From a virus (taxonomy: Duplodnaviria; Caudoviricetes), in the IMG/VR virus record IMGVR_UViG_3300042397_003635: a DNA stretch of 64,000 bases, one strand, 5' to 3'. Position 1 is the first letter of the stretch, and each line of letters opens with the position of its first letter. A program made the position numbers and the translations under genes. The notes under the pieces are model-generated. The model was not told the DNA's origin and searched no databases. It saw nothing but the letters and a program-made list of their open reading frames with translations. Positions 47,407-56,700 of this stretch are shown here, piece by piece.

Positions 47407-49974
47407 TTAGTTTGGAGTTACTTTTACTGTAAAATTATTTGTATTTGAACTTTCCTTAGCTGTTGCATATACTTTATTATTTACAACTTTATATCTAAAT
47501 TTAGAAATAGCACTGTGTGTTGACGCATTTAATTGAGTAATTAAATTATCAATCGTTGAATAGTTTGGAACTGTATATGGATCGTGCAAACCTAATCTGA
47601 TTTTATGACCGATTGTTGGTGCATCAATTGAAAATCCTTGTAAGAAATCTGATTGATATGATAATTGATAGAATTTAGTATGGAAAAGATCTCCAATTTT
47701 TGCATTAGAAATATCGCTCATTCTAGGCTTAACTGAATTGTCTCCAAGTCCCCAAGCGTATGCATAATCTGAAACTAGGGTTGGATCACTAACTGCTTTA
47801 AATTCACCAGTTAGCTTGTCTTTTATTTTTGCTTGAGTCGGTGCTGTATTATTACTAAAGTTATTTGCATAATAAGACCAATCAAACAATTCTTTTTCTA
47901 AATCGATTGATCCAATTTTTTGAGTAAATGAAGGAATCGTTACATTTGGGTTAAACATGTAACTTCCTCCCATATCTCCAACTGTAACATTAGTTAAATC
48001 TTTAAACTGATATGAAAACTTATCTGATGTTCTGGTAAAACCAACTGTAGTTGAAATAGTTGGATTTACTTTAAATTTAATAAAATCTACAGATATTCCA
48101 GCAAATTGATCGTATACTCTTGCTTCAATTAAATATTCTCCAATATATGGTAAAACATGTGCAATCTTATTGAAATCATAAATGTTTCCTCTATAACTCC
48201 ACTTATATGCGTTTGGTGAGTTTGGTTCCGGATTCTTTGTAATTATCCATTCAATATCAACTAAATTTAGATATACTGCAATATCTCTTAGTCTTACTCC
48301 TTCAGTTTCTAAATCGCTAAATGTTATTCCATCATAGTCTAACATTTGATACAGTGGAAGATTTGCTTTTAAAATAATAGGGCAGCCTATTTGTGATTGT
48401 TCATTAACTTCGCCATTCGACCAATAGTAAGATCTTCCGTGCTTTCTCCATTCTTCAATTGAAACCTGTTCATAAAATGTGGTTATTGCTAATATTAGAG
48501 CTTTTTGTTGAGCTGCTGAATAGGTTTGACCTCCGTCATATGGATTTACAATTGCAGAAAAGACTGGGGTCATATCAATCTGCGGTTGAAGTAGCCCTGG
48601 TAAAATATTAGGTACACCCTTTCCGGTATTAAATGAATATTTAGGAAACCCTTCTAAAATTTTAGTTGGATTACCTATTTCAGCCTTGTCTGAATAGAAT
48701 AATGGTCTAATATCTCTAATGTATGGAACGGCAATTTCAGATGAAGGTGAATGGACGCTTGCCTTGATTTTAGTGTTAATATTAACACTTTTAATCTCTG
48801 TGTCATCTGTCCAATATCTAAGATTAAATTTTTCAAAAAATATAAATTCACCAATAATATCTCTAACTACAACGTTTATAGGTAGAATTTCGCGCTTTAA
48901 CTTTTTAGCAAGACCGTCTAACTTATAAAAAATCTCGGCTGGAGTAAAATCCGTAGTTTCCACTACTTCAGGTAAACCGTCATCGTCGTAATTATCAGTT
49001 GCTTTGGTAAATTGATAGCACAGTGCTAAAAATGAAGTTTTCTTAAATTGAGCAGAATCTGTTAAGGCTCCACCAGTAGAAACACTAACCATATTATCAA
49101 TTTTGCCATCATCTAACATATCTGTAATGTTAACTAGTGCAAATGTATTTAAATATTGAGAGGTTGAGTTTGAGTTTTTCCAAAATTCTTTAGCTTCAAG
49201 AACATCTTTATATCCAAACAGATTGATAAAATTAACTAAACCTTTATAGGTACCGACATATGGAAAAACCTGATCGCGATTTACTAAAATTTCTTTTCTT
49301 GCCTGGTTAATCTGTTCCCAATCTGGTAAACCTTCTTTAATGTTATAATCTTTTAATAGTTGAGCATCTTCAATGTGAAACGATATTCCAAAATTTTCCA
49401 TCCAATTACGATATCTAGAATCCTCGTCTACGCCTTCTCCATAATAGTCTATTTCAAGTATTTTGGTTGAAGTAATATTTCCATTTGATACAATTTCGTG
49501 ATATGCAAGTAGCTTTCTGGTATAAATTTTTTCTTCAGTTGGAGAAAAGGCAATATTTACCTGCATTGGATATTTAATATAAAGTTGCGAAGAAGACCCG
49601 TTTGAAAAATCTGAATGATTTAACGTAATTGATTCGGCTTTTTCAATAAAGGGTAAGTCTGTATCACTATTACCACTTATATCCTGTTTTATATTATAGA
49701 AAAAGAAGCTATTTGTAGGGTCAGATGTTTCCCATTTAAAAACAATTCTCTCGTTTTGGTTAAGTGTTGGAAAAAGATACTCTGGGTTAGAGTATTCCAA
49801 GATAAAGATTTGTCGACTATCAAATAAGCCTAATGATACTGGTTTAATATACTCTCGACCATACTGCCAGGCAATAGAGTCACTTTTACCAGTTTCAGCA
49901 TTATACTTAGTAAACTGGAAGTTATAGTTTTCACCAAACTTATCAAAAAATATGAGGTTAGACAGTTGCATCAA
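47407..49974 (-). CDS. Putative baseplate wedge protein (gp7-like)
   Basis: FPYVGTYKGLVNFINLFGY...LKREILPINVVVRDIIGE resembles the baseplate wedge/tail-I core motif. Confidence 0.5.
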   Translation of the reverse strand: MMQLSNLIFFDKFGENYNFQFTKYNAETGKSDSIAWQYGREYIKPVSLGLFDSRQIFILEYSNPEYLFPTLNQNERIVFKWETSDPTNSFFFYNIKQDISGNSDTDLPFIEKAESITLNHSDFSNGSSSQLYIKYPMQVNIAFSPTEEKIYTRKLLAYHEIVSNGNITSTKILEIDYYGEGVDEDSRYRNWMENFGISFHIEDAQLLKDYNIKEGLPDWEQINQARKEILVNRDQVFPYVGTYKGLVNFINLFGYKDVLEAKEFWKNSNSTSQYLNTFALVNITDMLDDGKIDNMVSVSTGGALTDSAQFKKTSFLALCYQFTKATDNYDDDGLPEVVETTDFTPAEIFYKLDGLAKKLKREILPINVVVRDIIGEFIFFEKFNLRYWTDDTEIKSVNINTKIKASVHSPSSEIAVPYIRDIRPLFYSDKAEIGNPTKILEGFPKYSFNTGKGVPNILPGLLQPQIDMTPVFSAIVNPYDGGQTYSAAQQKALILAITTFYEQVSIEEWRKHGRSYYWSNGEVNEQSQIGCPIILKANLPLYQMLDYDGITFSDLETEGVRLRDIAVYLNLVDIEWIITKNPEPNSPNAYKWSYRGNIYDFNKIAHVLPYIGEYLIEARVYDQFAGISVDFIKFKVNPTISTTVGFTRTSDKFSYQFKDLTNVTVGDMGGSYMFNPNVTIPSFTQKIGSIDLEKELFDWSYYANNFSNNTAPTQAKIKDKLTGEFKAVSDPTLVSDYAYAWGLGDNSVKPRMSDISNAKIGDLFHTKFYQLSYQSDFLQGFSIDAPTIGHKIRLGLHDPYTVPNYSTIDNLITQLNASTHSAISKFRYKVVNNKVYATAKESSNTNNFTVKVTPN

Positions 49975-49987
49975 CTTGGCTTTTTGT

Positions 49988-49995
49988 TATTTATT
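49988..49995 (-). promoter_or_regulatory. Late-like promoter box (CTAATAAATAACAAAAA)
   Basis: Intergenic, upstream of 49974; first late box downstream of the sigma gene. Confidence 0.6.
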
Positions 49996-50012
49996 AGCCA
50001 GGAATTGGCAAG

Positions 50013-50432
50013 TTAGATAGTGTAGATTTCGCTCTCGCCAGAATGACTTAGTGAGATAGTTACGATCTTTTCACCCTTTCCTATATGTTTATAGATCTTC
50101 TTGTATTCCTTGGCATATCCATTTTTTGCAATTTGGGTAAAATACGCAAATGCATTATTAGATTTTTCTTCATTAAAGTTCCTCCAATATCGTAAAAGAT
50201 CTAAAAGAGCTGATTGAATACAGTCTTCCCTGTCTAGTGGATTTTGGAATTTTAATTTTTGAATAGCACGATTTGCTAAAAGGATAAAATAGTCGATTGC
50301 TTTTGGGGAAAGTTCGCCTTTTGTATGCTGATAACCAGTTTCTTCATTTAAGAGACCGTGTTTACAACGGATAATTTCATTTGTGAAGTCTCTATTATTA
50401 ATATAGTACTTCGGGTCTTTAATTCTTGCCAT
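50013..50432 (-). CDS. gp55: T4 gp55-like late transcription sigma factor
   Basis: YYINNRDF...ILLANRAIQKLKF...REDCIQSALLDLLRYWRNFNEEKSNNAFAYFTQIAKNGY matches the gp55 family signature. Confidence 0.85.
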   Translation of the reverse strand: MARIKDPKYYINNRDFTNEIIRCKHGLLNEETGYQHTKGELSPKAIDYFILLANRAIQKLKFQNPLDREDCIQSALLDLLRYWRNFNEEKSNNAFAYFTQIAKNGYAKEYKKIYKHIGKGEKIVTISLSHSGESEIYTI

Positions 50433-51094
50433 TAGTTTAGGGCCTGGTAAATTTTTAATACACTTAAATAAGAATCGACTAGGTCTGGAAATGGTGATTT
50501 AATTTCAGAAGCTGTGACTAGTTCTGTACTATATTTATTTAAGCATTGAGCTAGGGCAGAGTTTCGTGCTGCCTCTATTTTAGGGTCTTCTATAAATTGA
50601 TTAAAGACATCAAACTTATTAGCGTTACCCTTTGCTCCTATTGCATTTTTTAATTCTGATGGAGAAAATATGAATAATCCAGCTAAGTTATTATCAAGTA
50701 ATCTATCAGTAATAGTCTTTTTAAGAATTCCTGTAGTTTGAACAATATCAACAAGTGAATTACCCTTTGCTCCATAAGCAAATCCTTCAATTCCAACAAT
50801 AATAGGCTTTTGTGGAACTTTAGTTAGGACCGTATCAATTAAGGTATTAACTAAAAGTAATTGATTTTGCAGTTTCTTTCTTTCAGTATCTGAATAACTT
50901 AGTCCTTTATTGTTCTTTTCGCCTAAGTTAACAATATGAATATCTGGAAACTCTAAATTGATTCCTTCTAAGAAGTGAAGGTAAGACTTACTTAATTTAG
51001 TATTGGTGACAGCAACCCATTTAAAGGTCTTGAAATCATGACTGATACAAGCCGCTGGGAAGTTAATAGAGAAGTCAAATCCTATAATAGTCAC
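50432..51094 (-). CDS. ruvC: RuvC-like Holliday junction resolvase
   Basis: RNase H-fold acidic motifs IIGFDFSIN, VGIEGFAYG, PSELK..IGAKGNANK, DLVDSY; GTG start. Confidence 0.75.
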   Translation of the reverse strand: MTIIGFDFSINFPAACISHDFKTFKWVAVTNTKLSKSYLHFLEGINLEFPDIHIVNLGEKNNKGLSYSDTERKKLQNQLLLVNTLIDTVLTKVPQKPIIVGIEGFAYGAKGNSLVDIVQTTGILKKTITDRLLDNNLAGLFIFSPSELKNAIGAKGNANKFDVFNQFIEDPKIEAARNSALAQCLNKYSTELVTASEIKSPFPDLVDSYLSVLKIYQALN

Positions 51095-51196
51095 GCATAA
51101 TTAAGTAATTTGTAATACTTTACTAAAAAATTTATAAAAGGTTTCTAAAACCTTCTTCAAAATCACTATAGAATAAGGGAAAGGTTTGGGAGGGTG

Positions 51197-51276
51197 TCAG
51201 ACTGATAATCAGACTGATACTTATCGACTCTATTCTCTTTATTTTTTAAAAATAAAGAATTAGAGACTCAGTCTGA
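51197..51276. repeat. Three TCAG(A/T)CTGA palindromes in the divergent intergenic region
   Basis: TCAGACTGATA at 51197 and 51209 (period 12); TCAGTCTGA at 51268. Confidence 0.7.
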
Positions 51277-51322
51277 CCAAAACTTAAGACTCTTTAGTAT
51301 ATTGTTTCTAAATTATTAGGCA

Positions 51323-52072
51323 ATGTTTACACCACAACAAATTTCTAAGATGGTCTTTTTTGATATTGAGACCTCTACTACTACACAGGATGCTGGTTCC
51401 TTGAGCCCCGCACTACAGAATCAATGGCACAAACGTGCTGAATACCTTCGTGATACTCTTTCACAAAAATATCCAGATAATAAGACCCTAAGTGATGAAG
51501 ACCTTTTTACCCAAAAAGCTGCACTTCAAGCAGAGTTCGGCAGAATAGTCTGTATTAGTTTTGGTCGTATTGTTTATAAAGACGGCGAACCTACATTTAC
51601 CGTTGCTGCTATTTCAGGAGAAAACGAAGAAGAACTCTTAACTAAAGCCCAAAAATCTATTTCTAAAATATTTGCAACTGGAGGAACCTTAGTTGGTCAT
51701 AATATTAAAAGATTTGATATTCCTTATCTATGTAAGAGATTATTAATTAATGGTTTGGCTATTCCAGACGAACTCCATTTTCATAACAAGAAACCTTGGG
51801 AAATTCCAATGCAAGATACAATGGACGTTTGGTCATTTGGAGCTTGGCAAGAAGGTTTTGCTTCGCTAGATCTTATTTGTGGAGTTCTTAATATTCCATC
51901 ACCTAAAGGAGCAATGCGAGGTGAAGAAGTTCCAGCTGCGTTTTGGGAAGGTCGTCTTCAAGAAATTGCTCAATATAATATGGAAGATGTCATTGCACTC
52001 GGGCGTATTATATTAAAGGTCTCAGGACTAAACTTGTTTGAAGAAGAGAGTATAACAAGAAATACGCTATAA
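51323..52072 (+). CDS. Stand-alone 3'-5' exonuclease of the PolB-related (DNA_pol_B_exo2) DEDD family
   Basis: ExoI VFFDIET, AEFGRIVCISFG, ExoII GHNIKRFDIPYL, KKPWE, ExoIII IAQYNMEDV. Confidence 0.85.
   Translation: MFTPQQISKMVFFDIETSTTTQDAGSLSPALQNQWHKRAEYLRDTLSQKYPDNKTLSDEDLFTQKAALQAEFGRIVCISFGRIVYKDGEPTFTVAAISGENEEELLTKAQKSISKIFATGGTLVGHNIKRFDIPYLCKRLLINGLAIPDELHFHNKKPWEIPMQDTMDVWSFGAWQEGFASLDLICGVLNIPSPKGAMRGEEVPAAFWEGRLQEIAQYNMEDVIALGRIILKVSGLNLFEEESITRNTL
52029..52056 (+). promoter_or_regulatory. Candidate promoter TAAAC-N16-GTATAAC
   Basis: Within the end of the exonuclease gene, 35 nt upstream of the groEL ATG. Confidence 0.5.
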
Positions 52073-52090
52073 AAATATTTAAAAAGATAA

Positions 52091-53683
52091 ATGTCAAAGA
52101 CTATAATTTTTGATGCTGATGCAAGAAACCGACTTAAAGTTGGTGTTGATACATTAGCAAATTCAGTAAAAGTAACAATGGGTCCAGGTGGACGTAATGT
52201 TGTTATTGCAAGAGACGGTGGATTAGCTGTCACAAAAGATGGAGTTTCTGTTGCTAGAGAAGTTGAACTATCAGATAATATTGCTGATGTTGGTGCACAA
52301 ATGGTAAAACAAGTTGCACATAAAGTAGCACAATTAGCTGGTGACGGGACTACAACCGCAACTGTATTAACTCAAGAAATTTTTAATCGTGGACTTAAAG
52401 CCGTTGCGACTGGCGCAAATCCAATTGAATTAAAAAGAGGAATGGATGCAGCTTTATCTGAAGTAGTTGAGGCATTATCGAATTCTTCAATTCCAGTTAA
52501 AGATCTTACGCACATTCACCAAGTTGCAACAATTTCTGCCAATAACGATGAGTCAATGGGTGCCCTAATTACCCAATGTATGGAGGCAGTTGGTTTTGAT
52601 GGAATTATTACAGTTGAACAAAGTAAGTCTGCTGAAACTTATGTTGATATTGTAGAAGGAATGCAATTTAAGTCTGGTTACCTATCACCATATTTTATTA
52701 ATTCTAATGAGAAACCTCAAGTTGAATTTGAAAACGCTTTAGTTCTACTTGTTGATGGTAAAGTATCAGTCTTAAATGATATTGTTCAATTTTTAGAATA
52801 TTCAAATCAAAAAGGTCGACCACTTTTAGTTATTTCTGAAAGTGTAGATGGAGATGCTCTAAATACAATGGTACTTAATAAATTAAGAGGCACAATTAAA
52901 GCAGCGGCTGTACGTGCACCAGGTTTTGGTGAATTACGTAAAGAAAATCTTGATGATATTGCAATTTTAACAGGGGCAAAAACTGTTTCTGAACGTGAAG
53001 GTTATACGCTAAGCGAAACTGTTGCATCTGAAGTATTAGGTTCAGCTAATAAAGTTATTATTACTGCAGAATCTACTACAATAATTGGAGGAGACGGCGA
53101 GGCTGAATCAATTAAAGAAAGAATTACTGATATTAATGCTCAAATTGAAAATAGTACCAGTGAATCTGCTTCGTTAATACTTAAAGAGCGTCTTGCTAGA
53201 TTAGATGGAGGAGTTGCAATTATTAAAGTTGGAGCCCACTCTGAAATTGAAATGCGCGAAAAAATAGATCGTATTGATGATGCAATTGGAGCCACTAGAG
53301 CCGCTGTTGAAGAAGGTATTGTTGTAGGCGGTGGAGTTGCTCTTTGTAAAATTGCAGAATCACTTAAACCAACTATTGATACTACGCCAAACTTTGAACA
53401 TAGACTCGGTCGTACAATCTTATTGGAATCATGTTTAGCGCCATTTCAAGTAATTTTAAATAATGCTGGAGAATCACCAGATGCAGTTCTTGCACAAATG
53501 AAAAATCTTGGTAAAGAATATAACGTTAAGGCTAGAGAATACTGTGACTTTATTGAATCTGGTATCATCGATCCTGTGAAAGTTACTAGGGTTGCACTAG
53601 AAAATGCAGTTTCAATTGCTTCTATGATGCTAACCACCGAGTGCCTAATGGTTCAGGATAAAACTACAGAAACTAAGGCTTAA
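52091..53683 (+). CDS. groEL: Chaperonin GroEL (Cpn60)
   Basis: TMGPGGRNV, VTKDGVSVA, AGDGTTTATVL, GYLSPYF, RAPGFG, LKERLARLDGGVAIIKVGA, GIVVGGG, GIIDPVKVTR; 530 aa, no GGM tail. Confidence 0.97.
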   Translation: MSKTIIFDADARNRLKVGVDTLANSVKVTMGPGGRNVVIARDGGLAVTKDGVSVAREVELSDNIADVGAQMVKQVAHKVAQLAGDGTTTATVLTQEIFNRGLKAVATGANPIELKRGMDAALSEVVEALSNSSIPVKDLTHIHQVATISANNDESMGALITQCMEAVGFDGIITVEQSKSAETYVDIVEGMQFKSGYLSPYFINSNEKPQVEFENALVLLVDGKVSVLNDIVQFLEYSNQKGRPLLVISESVDGDALNTMVLNKLRGTIKAAAVRAPGFGELRKENLDDIAILTGAKTVSEREGYTLSETVASEVLGSANKVIITAESTTIIGGDGEAESIKERITDINAQIENSTSESASLILKERLARLDGGVAIIKVGAHSEIEMREKIDRIDDAIGATRAAVEEGIVVGGGVALCKIAESLKPTIDTTPNFEHRLGRTILLESCLAPFQVILNNAGESPDAVLAQMKNLGKEYNVKAREYCDFIESGIIDPVKVTRVALENAVSIASMMLTTECLMVQDKTTETKA

Positions 53684-53730
53684 TTATATTTTGCCTAAGT
53701 CTTCGTTAAATAAAAAAAAGAAGACTTGCT

Positions 53731-56700
53731 TTGTCAGAAATCGACAGTCTTATTGAACAAATTAAATGCGAGCTAAGAGAAAACCCCTTCTTTTCTGAAG
53801 GGGATCTTGCTGCTTTAGATGCATGTTTACCTAGCTCAGATGAATTAGAAAATGCTCAAATTGAAGCTATTGAAGAAATAGTTGCGGAAAATCCCTGTGC
53901 TAAAAAATCAATTGATGCAATAAATTCAGAGCTAGAAAAAAACGATGCAAAATTAAAGGCTGCAGTCAAAGCAAAATACGTAATATCTAGATTACAAGAA
54001 CTTAGAGACCTTCTTTACCCAGCTGAATATTTTTATAAAACCAGATCAGAATTTTTTAATAAGATTATCAAAGACCTAGATAATAGGTTTACTGTAGCTG
54101 GTGCAAACTACAATACAGAATTTACTAATATTTTAAATAAGTATGAACTAAATTCATATAAATTTAATGCAGTTGCAACAACAACAACAATATCAGCAAT
54201 TGATCAATTAAACAAAGATATTAAGTCTCAAATTGAAGATTATTTTAGTAAAAGAACCTTTGCTGTTACTAATACTGATCCAATTAAATATTCATATAAT
54301 TCAGATAATCCAACATTTTCTATAAGTCTTCCTGGAAAGGATGGATTTTCTATTAAGTCTTCTGAAAATCAAAAAACAGGAAAGGTTGATTCTTTTGGTA
54401 ATTCTGAAACCAAGCAAGTTGAAGTTAATGTTAAAATTTTACCAGAAGATTCAATTTATGAAACTAAAGATAAAGTTTTTCAAAAACGTACCCTTAATTT
54501 AGTTAACATCTCTTCACAAAGGTATACAGATAAATCTGCAACTGATTCACTATACCCATTTTCTGGACATCTTGCAAATTTCTATAAGAAAATTGAAGAC
54601 CCTCTTACTCTTTTCACACTAGAAGAAAAAGGATTAACCACTGATTCTGTAAAAACTGATAAAAATCTTACCAAAGAAAAATTAGATGGAATTGTTAAAG
54701 AGCAAAGAGCAGATGGAAGAGAAGAACAATTTTATATTGAAAATACAGAAACCTATCAAAAATTTTATGAAAATCTTGAACCTAAGATTGAGGAAAGAAT
54801 TGAGGCTGAACGTACTAAATTTAGAAAAGGTCTAATTGAAACAGGTAAGCTAATAAAATTATCAAATCTTGCTAAAAAACAGGTATTTGATTTAGTTAAC
54901 AATAGTCAGTTAATATCTACTCCAACTGAAAAGCTTATCGTTAATGGTAAAGAGATTAAACCGAGCGAATACGGCCAACAGATTAGAGATAAAATTCAAA
55001 AGAGTGCCGACGAAATTTCTAAATTAGTTAAAGACATTGAAGCTCGTATTGCCGCTATTAAAAAAGCAAACACGCCAAATCCAGATGATTTAGCAAGCGC
55101 TCTTTCTGCAACCGGATGTCTTCCCCCAACTGAACCTCCATGTAAATCTTTACCTAAAGCTGGATCTGACCCATTGGGTTATAAATCAATGACTATTCCA
55201 GCAACAATGGCTCAACCAGATTATACTTGTAATTGTTATTGGAAAGAAGTTACTAAACACCTAAATAAATTAAATCTACTTCCAATTCCAGATATAATGC
55301 GATTGCCGGCACTTAGATATTGGCCAGTAGGAATCTTAATTCCTTTGCCTGTTCCAATTAGAATTCCGCTTCCTCAAATTTGGAAACATATTATAACATT
55401 AAATTTACCATTTGGTACACTTGTTGTTTGGTATATTCAGTGCGGAATAGTACCATCTCCAATTGTTATGTACATCGGGCCAGATGGAAAAAAGATTATT
55501 CTATTAGGATTTAGAGCGCTTCAAGGTCAATTTGATCCAGTTGGCTATACAATTAACGAAAGCCCTAAACAGCCAGCTCCGCTTGGAGTTACCCTTAGTG
55601 AAATTGGAAAACCTACTGGAACTTCAATTAAAACTCTAACGTTTGGCACAATTTTACCAGATTCAGTCATGGAAAAAACTGCGAAAGTTATAGCTAAGGC
55701 TCAAGTAATTACAGAACTTGTTACTGAAGGTAGACTAATGCCAAATGGCTTTAATATTCCATTTAAGCTTGGCGAAAAACCTAATTTTAATACAGGTGAC
55801 GCTGACCTACTTAGTCAGGTTGCAGATGGAGTTGAGGATTTTCAGTTATTTGTTGAAAATCTCAGCCGACGTATTTGTAGGAAAATTGATGAAATTGGAG
55901 ATATTGATTTACCTAATTTTACTCTAGCTCTAGTTGATGCTGAACAAGCTGCTAAAGATAGAGCTCAAATATTAAGTGGCCTACCATATAATTTTGATTC
56001 AGCTTGGTTAAATTGTGATCCAGCTAACCTATCAAATAATATACCAGCTGATGTTATTACAAGTGCAAATACTGATGCTGGCACTCAATGTAAAGAAGTT
56101 ATTCTATCACTTTCATTAGATTTAGATAGTTTTTTGGATAAACTTAAACTAGGAACATATAAATTTCCAAAAAAGAAAGGAAAACAAATTAAACCACAAG
56201 CATTTTTAGATGAAATTGTTGATAATTTAATTGAATACTTATCTGATACAAACTTTGGAAAAAGCAGAAATATTAATTTAAATAAAAGATTTAGAAAAGC
56301 TATGCAAGATCTAGACCTGGATGCAGAAATTGATGCAATCCAAGCTAGTGTTGATCTTAGTAAAAATGAAGACTTAATTGCATTTAAGAAAACTCTAAAG
56401 AAATATGTAGATGAAATTTGTGATGTAATGTCTGGTAAAAATATAAAGGTTGATAAAACTAAGCCAGCCTTTAAGCGAAGAGTCAATAATGAAAGAAAGC
56501 GAAGAATCCGATTTAATTTAATAAATGGAATCAATATTAAAGATATGGTTGGGTCTACTCCAAATAAAGACGATAAAGATTTGTTAATAGACATGTTTAA
56601 ACAACAAATTGCAAAATCGAACATTGATCCAACTGCTATTACTGACTCGGAATTATTTAATATTATAGAAACTTCTCCAAAGATTAATGATGATTATAAG

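Noticed and set aside
51279-51303. AAAAC...GTATATT upstream of the exonuclease as a member of the N16 promoter class
   Set aside because: The spacer is 13 nt rather than 16, so it was not counted
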